NCBI GenBank assembly: GCA_963692915.1 | Contig: OY843584.1 | Span: forward strand, 1,536,001-1,600,000 | Length of the DNA: 64,000 nucleotides | DNA from: Cenarchaeum sp. | GTDB lineage: Archaea; Thermoproteota; Nitrososphaeria; Nitrososphaerales; Nitrosopumilaceae | Direction of reading: 5' to 3' | Shown: in pieces, positions 30,348-40,220 of the stretch | Layout of the letters: each line of letters opens with the position of its first letter | Position numbering within the stretch: position 1 is the stretch's first letter | Program-made: the position numbers and the translations under genes | The notes under the pieces: model-generated | Database searches by the model: none | Seen by the model: only the letters and a program-made list of their open reading frames with translations | Told to the model about the DNA's origin: nothing

Positions 30348-30656
30348 GTCGCGTGCGTCGGTTATCGACTCTAGCCACGAGCCGGTGCTCATTACGCCAA
30401 ACTTGAAGGTCTTTTGGCCGCCGTCGAGGCGGGCCGTGATGCAGACCTTTTTGATGAGCCACCCCTCAGTCCAGGCGTTCTCAATGTCGCCCAGGCCCAC
30501 GTCAAGGACAGTGTCGCCAAAGCGCTTTGAGAGGTCGAGCATTCGAGAGCGAGTCTTGTCAAATGCGACCCTCTTGTTCGTGAGCGTGAGTATGCCGATG
30601 CCGAGTGTGTCCTCGTTGCAGTCCTCCTGCCGAATCGTCTTCTCTCCTGCGTCCAT
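30339..30656 (-). CDS. Small PH/GRAM-like domain protein
   Basis: GILTLTNKRVAF pattern, beta-rich with C-terminal W-helix. Confidence 0.65.
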   Translation of the reverse strand: MDAGEKTIRQEDCNEDTLGIGILTLTNKRVAFDKTRSRMLDLSKRFGDTVLDVGLGDIENAWTEGWLIKKVCITARLDGGQKTFKFGVMSTGSWLESITDARDSV

Positions 30657-30736
30657 GTGTGCGCGTGCGGCGCGTGTGGGTATTTTAATGAACGTGGGGG
30701 CGTCAGGATGCGTGGGCGCTGGTGTCGTGATGTGGC

Positions 30737-31255
30737 CTACTTTGCGGCCGTTTCATCGGTCTCTGCCTGTTCAATGAGGCCAACAAAGGCATCGCGGATC
30801 TCCTTTTTTGCCTTTTTGAGATCTTTCTCTAGGCGCTCAATGTAGTCTTTGTACAGTATGATGACTCCTTTTGATGGCAGCACATCCAAGATTTTTTCTG
30901 AACCTCCGCCCTCCTTGGACAGATCAACATAGATTAGGCGCACGTCATTGTTCAATGGGAGCTCGTGCTTTGTTGTGACCTTTGCCCAGTTTTCCTCGTC
31001 TTTCCATTCTCTCAAGTGCTGGCGTTTTTTGTTTTGGGCCGCTTGATGAATATTTTTACTCACTTCGATAATCCACGTAGTCTTCTTTGAGGTGAATATC
31101 AGATCGATCTCGGTTCTGGGCTTATGCTGTGCGTTGTAAAAGACAGAATTTGCGGTGACTAGATTCAGACCCATGTTATATAGTAAACGAGCGATCTTTC
31201 GTTCTTCACTATTTTTTATACGGGCAATTATGCACTCTGCCTGCATTGCGTCCAT
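30737..31255 (-). CDS. Small PD-(D/E)xK-like protein, paralogue 1 of 4
   Basis: SEERKIARLLYNMGL...TEIDLIFT...IIEVS...KKRQHLREW...NDVRLIYVDL. Confidence 0.75.
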   Translation of the reverse strand: MDAMQAECIIARIKNSEERKIARLLYNMGLNLVTANSVFYNAQHKPRTEIDLIFTSKKTTWIIEVSKNIHQAAQNKKRQHLREWKDEENWAKVTTKHELPLNNDVRLIYVDLSKEGGGSEKILDVLPSKGVIILYKDYIERLEKDLKKAKKEIRDAFVGLIEQAETDETAAK

Positions 31256-31509
31256 TACAGGCGGCGTGAATGTGGATGTTTTAATATGTTATGCTCCTGT
31301 AAGGCGGTTCTGCCGCGTGCGCCAAAGACTGGCTCCTAACAAACCTCCAAATGGCAAATTGCCCCATATGCAAGGCACAATCCTCCCGTAAACCCCAATA
31401 TGTCATATTGGATTGCGTATTTCTGTAATGAACCTAGAGGTGTTCGGAATACACAGTCAGGAACGGCACACTAGATGACCTGCACAACGGCCTAACCGCC
31501 ACCCGCCTC

Positions 31510-31980
31510 TTACCCCCATCCCATCTTGGGCTCGATCTTGTCTGCGAGGCCGCACCGCCCCACAAACCGCCATATTGCGCTCTGGGGATCCTCCTCGATG
31601 AGGTCCTCGATGTGGTTCCAGTGCAGCAGGTACGAGTCGCCGTCCATGTCCGGCCATGACCTGCCTTCTGTGGCCAGGGACATGTACACGGCGCGCGTAT
31701 GGTTGGTGCGTGCGAGTCCGAGGTCCGTGCACACCCTGTCGATGACGCGCTGCGTTCCCCATACCTTGAGATACTTGCGCTTTAGGCACCTGACGTCTAG
31801 CTGCGCGTTTGCGCTAACCTCGATGAGAATTGTCGCGTTTCTGTACGTGGTCACAAAATCGATCTCGATCTCTTCCTCGCCCTCCCACATGCGCAGCACA
31901 TAGCTGTCCCTGACGATGTTAATGCCAATGCGATTCAACAACTTGCCGATCATTATCTCTGATCTGCTCTTTGATGTCAT
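31510..31980 (-). CDS. Small PD-(D/E)xK-like protein, paralogue 2 of 4
   Basis: SEIMIGKLLNRIGI...EIDFVTT...LIEVS...KRKYLKVW...NHTRAVYMSL. Confidence 0.75.
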   Translation of the reverse strand: MTSKSRSEIMIGKLLNRIGINIVRDSYVLRMWEGEEEIEIDFVTTYRNATILIEVSANAQLDVRCLKRKYLKVWGTQRVIDRVCTDLGLARTNHTRAVYMSLATEGRSWPDMDGDSYLLHWNHIEDLIEEDPQSAIWRFVGRCGLADKIEPKMGWG

Positions 31981-32278
31981 GTGGCCGCTGACCTCCGGTG
32001 CGCGCTGTTCTGGCTCTCGGCGAGACGCCAGAGTCCTGCACGAGGGGAGCGCACAGTCACACCCATCGGGACTGCTGCCGCATGGTTACCTTATATAAAC
32101 ATTTTGCCGTTGGCCGCCTCGTGGGCGTGACTGGGGCGCTGACCTTGCCATTATCGTCCTGGCAGCTCTCCTTGGTGAAGTCTTCTGGACATTCTCAAGC
32201 GAGTGAGCTCTGCCGTTCGAGTCACTGCGCGCACACCACCGAATATCCTTAAATTCTGTTCATGTGGTGAATTGCCCA

Positions 32279-32440
32279 ATGGGCAAGGACGACATTTGCA
32301 ACATTGTCGACGCGCTGGCTCTAGGCTCGACTATCGTGCTTGGAGCCAAGGTGGCCCGGTACGGCCTACAGAGCGTGTCCGTTCTTGATGTCGCCTGCAC
32401 ACTGGGGCTTGTTGCCCTTAGTGCAGGGTTTCGCCGATAG
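32279..32440 (+). CDS. Putative 53-aa hydrophobic microprotein (not in ORF track)
   Basis: MGKDDICNIVDALALGSTIVLGAKVARYGLQSVSVLDVACTLGLVALSAGFRR*; CTTAAAT box about 25 nt upstream. Confidence 0.45.
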   Translation: MGKDDICNIVDALALGSTIVLGAKVARYGLQSVSVLDVACTLGLVALSAGFRR

Positions 32441-32495
32441 GCTGGAGTTGTTGGACATATCGAGCACTGCGGACTCGTCTGATAGCAACGTAGAT

Positions 32496-32969
32496 TCACT
32501 TGCTTAGATCAAGCTTGTCATCCATGCCACACCACTTTACAAAAGCCTCAAGACCATACTCGTGCTCATCCTCCCCAACATATACTTCAAGCTCCCCCAC
32601 GTGATCCCAGTTCAGCAAGACTACGTCGTCGCCCATGTCAGGCACCGAGCTATCCTCTGATGTCGGGGATATGTACACGACGCATATGTGATTGGAGCGT
32701 GGCAGTCCCAGCTCGGTGGATATCCTCTCGGCCAGCCCGCGCTCCCTCCATGTCCTGAGATCCTTGCGCTTTAGGCGCCTTGCATCATTTTGCGCGTTTT
32801 CGCTAACCTCGATGATAAATGTCAGGTTAAAGTGCGTGAACACGAGGTCGATCTCTGTCTCCTCACTACCGTCCTTTCTGTGCAGGATATGGTTTGCTTT
32901 TACAAAGTGGAGGCCCATCTCGCTCAATACGCCCATGACGTACAGCTCTGACTCGTTTCTTGGAGTCAT
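32496..32969 (-). CDS. Small PD-(D/E)xK-like protein, paralogue 3 of 4
   Basis: SELYVMGVLSEMGL...TEIDLVFT...IIEVSENAQ...KRKDLRTW; ATGA overlap with upstream TPR gene. Confidence 0.8.
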   Translation of the reverse strand: MTPRNESELYVMGVLSEMGLHFVKANHILHRKDGSEETEIDLVFTHFNLTFIIEVSENAQNDARRLKRKDLRTWRERGLAERISTELGLPRSNHICVVYISPTSEDSSVPDMGDDVVLLNWDHVGELEVYVGEDEHEYGLEAFVKWCGMDDKLDLSK

Positions 32970-34369
32970 GTCCCTGCTGGCCCCTGTGCGGCGTCTAGCT
33001 GTGCTAGGACCGCTCTCCGGGCATCCTGTATTTTGGGAAAGTTGGGATCGATCTCAATTGCGCGATCAAATGACTCGATGGAATCAGGGACACGCCCGGA
33101 CGAATACAGGGCAAGGGCACGACTGCGATGGGCGACGGCGTTGTTGGGATCCAGCGCGATGGCCACGTCCAAGGCTGCAATCGCCTCATCGTGGCGTCCA
33201 AGATGATCCAGCGTGCTGCCGAGACCGGCCTGAGCATCGGCGTTTGTGGGCGATATGTCGACTGCGCGCTTGAATGAGCCTAGTGCCTCACTGTGGCGCC
33301 CAACTGCGCCGAGTATGGTTCCCCTCCCGACGTGGGCTTGCGCTTTGTGCGGATCCAGCACGATCGCCATGTCAATGGACACTAGGGCCGCGTCATGGCG
33401 CCCCATAGAATGCAGGATCTGTGCGCGTTTGTCATGCGCCTCTGCACTTTTGGAGTCTAGCTCGATCGCGCGATCTATTGCCTTTAGGGCATCTGCGCTA
33501 CGATTCAGCTCGACTAGAATATGGCCCATGAGGATGTGGGCTGGCACCCTGTCTGGCTCCAAGTCGATCGCCCGGCCTAGCGCCGTGAACGCCTCCTTGT
33601 GGTGGCCAGCTGCCAATAGCAGGCCGCCACGAATTATGTGGGCTCTGGCTAGCATGGGGTTTAGCGCTATTGCGCGATCGAGTGAGGCTAGGGCCTCCCT
33701 GTCAGCGCCAATGTGTGATTGAAGGTTGCCCATGTCAAGATAGGTTTGTGCATTGTTGGGCTCTAGTGCGATCGCGCGATCAAAGGACTCGAATGCCTCA
33801 TCATGGCGATTAATGGCCATGAGGCATCGCGCCCCGTGTGCATGCGCATCGGCGTCCTCGGCGTTGTCCATCGTGGCGAGCCCAAACTCTGCGGCCGCCT
33901 CTGCTAGCCGGTTCAGCCTGACGAGCGTCATGGCCCTGTCAAAGTGCACAGACTCATCACTGTGGCCTAGTGCGATCGCGCGATCAAGGGCGGCGAGCGC
34001 TTCAGCATCGCGGCCAAGGCCGTCCATCGCCATGAACCGTATCCTGTGCGACCTAGAGTGTTCCGGATCCAGCTCCACTGCGCGCCCTGATGATACCATG
34101 GCATCATCATGTCGGCCAAGCTCGCACTCGATGGCACTCATGTTGTTTAGCGCCTCAATGTCAGTCGCGTCAATCTCGACTGCAAGCCTCAACTCTATGA
34201 GCGCCTCTGCCTTTTTGCCCTGTATGTATAGCTCGTCGGCCTTGATTCTGTGTGACCTGGAATCACTAGTATCACGTACGTTAGGTGGCCTGGTGCTGAC
34301 CCTTGATGTCTCTTCATCGCCCCTGTCTGCCCCTTGGCTGCTCCCAGAGCTTCCTGCTTGACTTGCCAC
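32966..34369 (-). CDS. TPR repeat protein (about 12 repeats)
   Basis: Regular A....G..L..LGRH.EAL..LDRAI.LDP repeats; TTATAAAA box upstream. Confidence 0.92.
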   Translation of the reverse strand: MASQAGSSGSSQGADRGDEETSRVSTRPPNVRDTSDSRSHRIKADELYIQGKKAEALIELRLAVEIDATDIEALNNMSAIECELGRHDDAMVSSGRAVELDPEHSRSHRIRFMAMDGLGRDAEALAALDRAIALGHSDESVHFDRAMTLVRLNRLAEAAAEFGLATMDNAEDADAHAHGARCLMAINRHDEAFESFDRAIALEPNNAQTYLDMGNLQSHIGADREALASLDRAIALNPMLARAHIIRGGLLLAAGHHKEAFTALGRAIDLEPDRVPAHILMGHILVELNRSADALKAIDRAIELDSKSAEAHDKRAQILHSMGRHDAALVSIDMAIVLDPHKAQAHVGRGTILGAVGRHSEALGSFKRAVDISPTNADAQAGLGSTLDHLGRHDEAIAALDVAIALDPNNAVAHRSRALALYSSGRVPDSIESFDRAIEIDPNFPKIQDARRAVLAQLDAAQGPAGT

Positions 34370-34509
34370 AGCAGAGTTGGGCAGGTCGCGTTTTATAATA
34401 ATTGCGCATTACAATATCGATTAGGGGCAGTCATGGTGTGGGCTCACATGTCACACACTCGTGTGATGTGCCACATATGATTTATTAACACAATGCGAAA
34501 AATCCTGAC

Positions 34510-34977
34510 ATGGAGCCCGGCGAGGAGATATTTGAGAACACGTTTGCGCCTGCGTGCGCCAACCGCAGGCTTACAGTATATGAGATCATCGAGGGCATGA
34601 AATTTGGCGCATTTGACTATCGCGTGCTCCCTGCCAAGGTTCGTAAAGCAGTCGACAAGGCTCTAAAATACAATGATGCGCTAGAGGCAAAGCGCAAGCG
34701 CGAAAACTATTATGAGGACATGTGGGAGCTTGACCTTTTGGACATAGGACTCGGGCATGCCTCGAACGGCACAGAAAAATCCCCATATTCCAAGCCGGCC
34801 ACCAGGGCGCATACAAAAACTCTCGCAAAAAATATGTCAATGTCTAATAACAATGTCAATGCCCTGTTCTTGTACAACTGGTCGCGTGCAATGGGTGATC
34901 CTGTCGTGCATCAATCCGTGCGTGTGCTGCCAGAGACAATGACGTACAAGATCATGGGAATGGAGTTAGAGACGTGA
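34510..34977 (+). CDS. Hypothetical protein, translationally coupled to a YwgA/SocA-like gene
   Basis: 155-aa ORF, TTTATTAA box upstream, GTGA overlap with next gene. Confidence 0.7.
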   Translation: MEPGEEIFENTFAPACANRRLTVYEIIEGMKFGAFDYRVLPAKVRKAVDKALKYNDALEAKRKRENYYEDMWELDLLDIGLGHASNGTEKSPYSKPATRAHTKTLAKNMSMSNNNVNALFLYNWSRAMGDPVVHQSVRVLPETMTYKIMGMELET

Positions 34978-35459
34978 TGGAGAACTCTGGGGGCACTGCA
35001 ATGCTTGCTAGCCTGATCACGCGCCTGCAGCGGGATGGCCTCTTGGCCGATAATGTGGCCACCACATTTGAGCCCCTTCACACGCTGCAAAAGCACGCCT
35101 ATATTGCAAAGACGCTGGGAGTTGGGCTCGACTATGAGTTTGAATTTTTGGAGAATGGCGCGTTCTCGCCCATGCTGGGAATTGACGTATGCGATCTTGA
35201 CGGTGCGGGGGGCACCCTTGACCCGTTTGAGGGAATTCCCGGTGCCTTTGAGACGTTTGTGGCGCTAGTTGAGGGGCGGGGGAGGCCATGGCTTCAGGCC
35301 ACAACGTTTGCCCTGCGTGATCTCGACCTGGACGACACGGATGACGAGTTTGCCGCCCGTGTCATGCACGGGAGCCGCATGTATGAAAAAAAGATGCTCA
35401 AGAGGGTGTTTGCTCACGTGCGCGAGCATATGGGCAAGCATGTGGCGCGTGCGCGCTGA
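34974..35459 (+). CDS. YwgA/SocA(Panacea, DUF4065)-like protein, paralogue 1 of 3
   Basis: LQKHAYIAK.LG..LDYEFEFLENGAFS..L..D resembles the LQKL.Y...Y.F.....GP.S signature. Confidence 0.6.
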   Translation: MMENSGGTAMLASLITRLQRDGLLADNVATTFEPLHTLQKHAYIAKTLGVGLDYEFEFLENGAFSPMLGIDVCDLDGAGGTLDPFEGIPGAFETFVALVEGRGRPWLQATTFALRDLDLDDTDDEFAARVMHGSRMYEKKMLKRVFAHVREHMGKHVARAR

Positions 35460-35666
35460 GCATGGTCGATGGCGGGGGACTCGCGCATATTGGCTATGTG
35501 CCGGTTTTGCTCGAGGGTGCCTAGTGTCGCATGTCAGCTGGCGTGCCACGCTGTCAGCAGCTTGCCCGTCAGGACTGGGGCACACTTCCGCTCTTGCACA
35601 CGGGTGTGCGCCCACGAACGTATGTGACACTAGGCTTAATAGGCGCAGCACTGCCTATGATGCCTG

Positions 35667-35924
35667 ATGGATCCGGCACGGTTTGAAGGCCTAAAGCTCA
35701 TTGGCCACGGCCTACAGTTCTATGGCATCGTGGCTGCCGCCGAGATCATGACAAAGCTCATGGGTTTTCTCTCCGAGGAGGAGGCATGGGATGTCATCGC
35801 CGAGGCCGAGAGGATTGGCATGATCGAGCGCGCCGAGATGGTCTTTGAGGCGCCGGAACCAAAATACCAAGAGTGGCGTCTCGTCAATGGGTTTGACCTG
35901 AAGCGGCTAGGGATGCTCGCGTAG
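35667..35924 (+). CDS. Small hypothetical protein (possible winged-helix)
   Basis: 85-aa ORF, CTTAATA box about 25 nt upstream. Confidence 0.6.
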   Translation: MDPARFEGLKLIGHGLQFYGIVAAAEIMTKLMGFLSEEEAWDVIAEAERIGMIERAEMVFEAPEPKYQEWRLVNGFDLKRLGMLA

Positions 35925-36113
35925 GCAAGACTCCTCCACCACCTTTGCATATTCGACGTACTACCGTTTCTGATTTTGGGCTCGTGGACGCCTACAGGCT
36001 ATCCATTTTACCGTGATTTGCTTACCTAAACCCGCCTCGTCTCTGCCACACCATCCATGAAATGGACTAATCTTTGTGGTTAGAATGTTGAGTAAATCTG
36101 TTCACAGCACGAA

Positions 36114-37316
36114 CTATAGTTCTTGGTAGTTTAGGTTCAATGCCTTGCCGACATGCCTGCGGATTTTTTGGCATTTTTTGTCATATTCGCTATCTATAAA
36201 CTTGTCACCATATTGTTTGTGACTGTATAGTCGCACATCCTCAATCTCTTGTTTCATTTCAACAATTTCTGATTTGGTAGGTAACCGGATTCTAGAATTG
36301 ATTTTCATATCGGGAAATAGTTTTTTTGAAAGTATGGTCACCTCCTCCACATCTTGCACCACGTTAGACCAGCGATCAGGCTCCTTAAACAACTGCATGA
36401 TGCTTGTTATTCGTTCCTTCTTATCACGATGGGCTGAGTACTGCCTTCGAATTTCTCTATATTTGTTTTCCCGTTTCATAAATCTCAGACTAGATGGAAT
36501 TTTGAGTTTATTCCAATGTTTGATAAATTCATGCAATTCTGAAATCATATATTTCATATTATATACTGCATTTACATATAATACCAAAGTCTCCTCTGTA
36601 CCATAACACCTATGAAGCTTTGTCGCAATCATCAAGTCATCTCTCATTATGTTTAAGCATATTGTACAGTCTCGCATTATCTGGGCATTATCATATTTTT
36701 CTAAGTCAACACCAAAATCCGTCTTGCTGTAAAACATTTTTAATTTTTGTTTTTTTATCTCTGAGACTATTTCATCTGGCGGCGTAATATATTTTCCTCC
36801 ATTTAATTCTTCTATATTTATATCACATGGCTTATAACACACTGTTCTTATCGCATCTTTGAATAATATTATCAATAGCACGCATCTCCATATTTTTCTA
36901 AATCCGAACGTTTCTATCTCTTCCACTGCTTTTTCTAACGTAAAGTTTGCATGGGTACTGAATCTGTGCCTCATTTTTTCTATAAAGCATTTAACATTTT
37001 CATCACGTTCTAATATTTCACAAAGTTTATGGTGTTCTTTTAAATTTAACTTTTTTATGATTTCATCCATATCGTCATCAAGCAGCCCTGTCTGCCATAG
37101 TTCTAGTATGAGGTATCTCATCCACACCATTAATTTTTGCGTGGATTCAGGCGACGCATGGCTGATCTCGGTCTTTGAAATCTCATCTGGTGATGTGCTG
37201 AGAGGAATATCCTGATTCACATAATACGCATTTCTAATCTTGTCTCTCAAATAGTGTATCCGGATTGTACTTTCGGCATCAATTGTGTTCTCTACCACAT
37301 CTTTCTTTTCTACCAT
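36114..37316 (-). CDS. Helical protein with two internally duplicated HEPN-like domains
   Basis: Strongly AT-rich; repeats MRYLILEL...KMRHRFSTH and MKYMISEL...EIRRQYSAH (Rx4-6H). Confidence 0.65.
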   Translation of the reverse strand: MVEKKDVVENTIDAESTIRIHYLRDKIRNAYYVNQDIPLSTSPDEISKTEISHASPESTQKLMVWMRYLILELWQTGLLDDDMDEIIKKLNLKEHHKLCEILERDENVKCFIEKMRHRFSTHANFTLEKAVEEIETFGFRKIWRCVLLIILFKDAIRTVCYKPCDINIEELNGGKYITPPDEIVSEIKKQKLKMFYSKTDFGVDLEKYDNAQIMRDCTICLNIMRDDLMIATKLHRCYGTEETLVLYVNAVYNMKYMISELHEFIKHWNKLKIPSSLRFMKRENKYREIRRQYSAHRDKKERITSIMQLFKEPDRWSNVVQDVEEVTILSKKLFPDMKINSRIRLPTKSEIVEMKQEIEDVRLYSHKQYGDKFIDSEYDKKCQKIRRHVGKALNLNYQEL

Positions 37317-37530
37317 GTTCTAGTCCCCCCGCACAATCTAGTTTGCATATATATCTGGAGTATATAATTAGCTTTTGCCCACACCGTGTATATTGCCCGG
37401 TCAACTCCCCCCCAGTCTTGAGCACGGGCCTGTCAGCTTTCTACAAACCTGTCTAAACAGCCGGATTATGAGCATTTTAGAGCTACGCCCATAGAGATCC
37501 TTAAATTGGGCGCTATGATTTGTGCCTCGT

Positions 37531-40179
37531 ATGAGCAAACTGGAGCTGTTGGTGTTGGGAGGAATAGTCGTGGCCCTTGCGTTAATTCTCACCTCCACAT
37601 CAGGCCGCAGCAAGGCCGAGCCACAGATTAAGGAGAGTCGTCACCTGTGCGACAAACAAGACTATGATGGCGCGCTTGCCATCATTGAACAGGCGCTGGC
37701 CCTGTATCCGAATGACGCCTGTGTTCACTCTGCCAAGAGTGCCATTCTCTCAAAGATGGGTCGCCACCGTGATGCTTTTGCGGCGTCTGGCCAGGCCATC
37801 TCGCTTGCGCCGCGATCTGCTGATGCGCACATAAGCCACGCAACTGCGCTAATTGCCCTGGGCCAATACGACAAAGCTCTCAATTCCGCTGATCAGGCGA
37901 TCTCGTTCGCGCCAGAACGCACTGACGCGCACATAAATCGCGCAAGTGCGTTAGTTGCCCTGGGCCAATACGATGACGCAATTGCATCGTTCAACCATGC
38001 TGCCAGACTTGACCCTGAAGATGCTGCGCCACACATCAACATTGGCTTTACAATGTACAATCTTGGCAAATTCCGCAAGGCAGTCGCAGCCTTGGATCAC
38101 GCAATATCCCTTGATTCAAAAAATCCTCGCTCATACAAGATGCGATCCCTGGCTAGTCTTCGTCTTGAGTCTCCACAGGCGGCGCTACTGGATCTTGATC
38201 GTGCGCTTGCCCTTGATCGACATGACGCAACGACACATTTTGACAAGGGCTTGACACTGGCTGATATTGGCAGCTACGAAGAAGCTGCAGCCTCGTTTGG
38301 TCACGTCACGGAGATTAATCCCGGTGATGCCGAGGCGTTCAGGCATCGTGCGGCGTGCCTGCTTCGCCTTAACAGACATGAGGACGCCCTGCACGCATTG
38401 GGGAACGCCCGGGAGATGGGGATCAATGACGTCAACTTGCACACAGACATGGCTGCTTCGCTAGGGATGCTTGGTCGACACGTCGAGGCGATCGAGGCAT
38501 TTAATCGGGCGATTGCGCTTGACTCACGTTCGTCAAAGTTGCATTTTGGCAAGAGTATCTCCCAGACACATCTTGGCCGTCACTCTGATGCGATAACTTC
38601 ACTTGATTATGCGCTTGCGCTGGATCCTAACATGGTTGGCGCACATGTCAACAGATCGTACATATTGGGACATCTTGGTCGACACGCTGAGGCGATCGAG
38701 TCCCTCAAGCGCGCTGCCGAGCTGACCCCCGACAATGCCAAAATTCACTTTGACATGGCCAATGCCCTGTTTGGTCTTGGTCGACACGCCAAGGCGCTTC
38801 AGTCCCTCGATCGTGCCGCAAAGCTTGGCCTAGACGACTATGGCATGCACATGAGTCGTAGCAGTATACTGCGCGCCCTTGGTCACCACGCCGAGTCCCT
38901 CGAGTCTCTAGATCGTGCCGCCTTGCTAGATCCAAATGTCCATGTACATATGAACCGCGCCCTGTTGCTTGCAGAACTCGGCCGCCACACCGAGGCGCTA
39001 GGGGCGCTAGATCAGGTGATCGCCCTAGAGCCGGATAACGCAAGTGCCCACAGCGATCGTGGCCTTGCCTTGCACAACCTTGGTCGCCACGCCGAGGCGC
39101 TAGCAGCGTACACAAAAGCAAATTCTCTAATGCCTGACAACCTCACAATACACTTTAATACTGGAGTTACGCTTCGTGATATGGGACACTATGATGATGC
39201 CATCGCAGCATTTGACGTGGCGATCGGCCTGGAATCGCAGAATCCCTTACCGCACCACAACAAGGCCGTCACGCTGTCCGCACTCGGACGTCACGCCGAT
39301 GCCCTTGTCTCCTTTGACACGGCGATCAACATTGCCCCGGGTCTGGCCGTTGCCCACGCGGGCCGTGGCGCCGCCCTTGACTCGCTCGGCCGCCACGTCG
39401 AGGCGCTCGAGGCCTTTGAGCGTGCAATCAAACTAGACCCAAATGATGCTCGCGTTCACACAAGTCGTGGCCATGCACTGCGTTCTGCCGGCGATCATAA
39501 TAGTGCGCTCGCCTCCTTTGACCGTGCGATTGACCTTGACTCCCGTATTGCCATTGCGCACGCGGGCCGTGGCGCCGCCCTCGACTTGCTAGGCAGCCAC
39601 GATGCGGCACTCGAGGCCTTTGAGCGTGCGATCGAGCTAGACCCCAAGAGTGAGCTTGGCCATCGCAGCAAGGGGTATGCACTACACAAGCTCGGCCGCC
39701 ACGCCGAGGCGCTCGAGGCCTTTGATAGCGCAGTCTCAATAGAGTCTGATTCTTCTGTCGCACGTCTTGGCAAGGGAACGGTTCTAATCCCCCTGGGGCG
39801 CTTTTCCGAAGCGCTTGACTCCTTAGATTATGCGATCATGCTGGATTCTGCTGACCCTGCATCTCACAAGAACCGGGGGGCGGCCCTGATCTACCTGAAT
39901 CGCTATTTGGAAGCCTTGGCATCATGTGATTACGCTGTTGGTCTGGATCATAACGAGCCGTCAGCGCACAAAAACCGTGGAACCGCGCTGTTTGGCCTTG
40001 GCCGCCACGCCGAGGCGCTTGAGGCATACGAGCTGGCCCTGGGGCTTGACCCCAACGACGCCGCCACACACCTTGGGCGGGGTTATGCGCTAGACAAGCT
40101 TGACCGTCATGAGGATGCGCTGGCCGCCTATTCCCAGGCCGCTTCCCTAGATCCTAAAATCCCGATTCCCAAAACATAG
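37531..40179 (+). CDS. Large membrane-anchored TPR protein (more than 20 repeats)
   Basis: N-terminal hydrophobic anchor LLVLGGIVVALALIL followed by continuous TPRs; CTTAAAT box upstream. Confidence 0.93.
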   Translation: MSKLELLVLGGIVVALALILTSTSGRSKAEPQIKESRHLCDKQDYDGALAIIEQALALYPNDACVHSAKSAILSKMGRHRDAFAASGQAISLAPRSADAHISHATALIALGQYDKALNSADQAISFAPERTDAHINRASALVALGQYDDAIASFNHAARLDPEDAAPHINIGFTMYNLGKFRKAVAALDHAISLDSKNPRSYKMRSLASLRLESPQAALLDLDRALALDRHDATTHFDKGLTLADIGSYEEAAASFGHVTEINPGDAEAFRHRAACLLRLNRHEDALHALGNAREMGINDVNLHTDMAASLGMLGRHVEAIEAFNRAIALDSRSSKLHFGKSISQTHLGRHSDAITSLDYALALDPNMVGAHVNRSYILGHLGRHAEAIESLKRAAELTPDNAKIHFDMANALFGLGRHAKALQSLDRAAKLGLDDYGMHMSRSSILRALGHHAESLESLDRAALLDPNVHVHMNRALLLAELGRHTEALGALDQVIALEPDNASAHSDRGLALHNLGRHAEALAAYTKANSLMPDNLTIHFNTGVTLRDMGHYDDAIAAFDVAIGLESQNPLPHHNKAVTLSALGRHADALVSFDTAINIAPGLAVAHAGRGAALDSLGRHVEALEAFERAIKLDPNDARVHTSRGHALRSAGDHNSALASFDRAIDLDSRIAIAHAGRGAALDLLGSHDAALEAFERAIELDPKSELGHRSKGYALHKLGRHAEALEAFDSAVSIESDSSVARLGKGTVLIPLGRFSEALDSLDYAIMLDSADPASHKNRGAALIYLNRYLEALASCDYAVGLDHNEPSAHKNRGTALFGLGRHAEALEAYELALGLDPNDAATHLGRGYALDKLDRHEDALAAYSQAASLDPKIPIPKT

Positions 40180-40220
40180 AAAATACGTGTCTGCCTCGTG
40201 CATATTTGTGTAAATGGGTG

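Noticed and set aside
31395-31411. Perfect palindrome CCAATATG-T-CATATTGG and a short CPIC-containing ORF
   Set aside because: Single occurrence, not positioned at a clear promoter; could be chance
35570-35630. Possible further IS66 relic (CGCCCACGAACG shared with ~63518; ALAHGCAPTN)
   Set aside because: Match is too short and has no TIR; plausible but not supportable by eye
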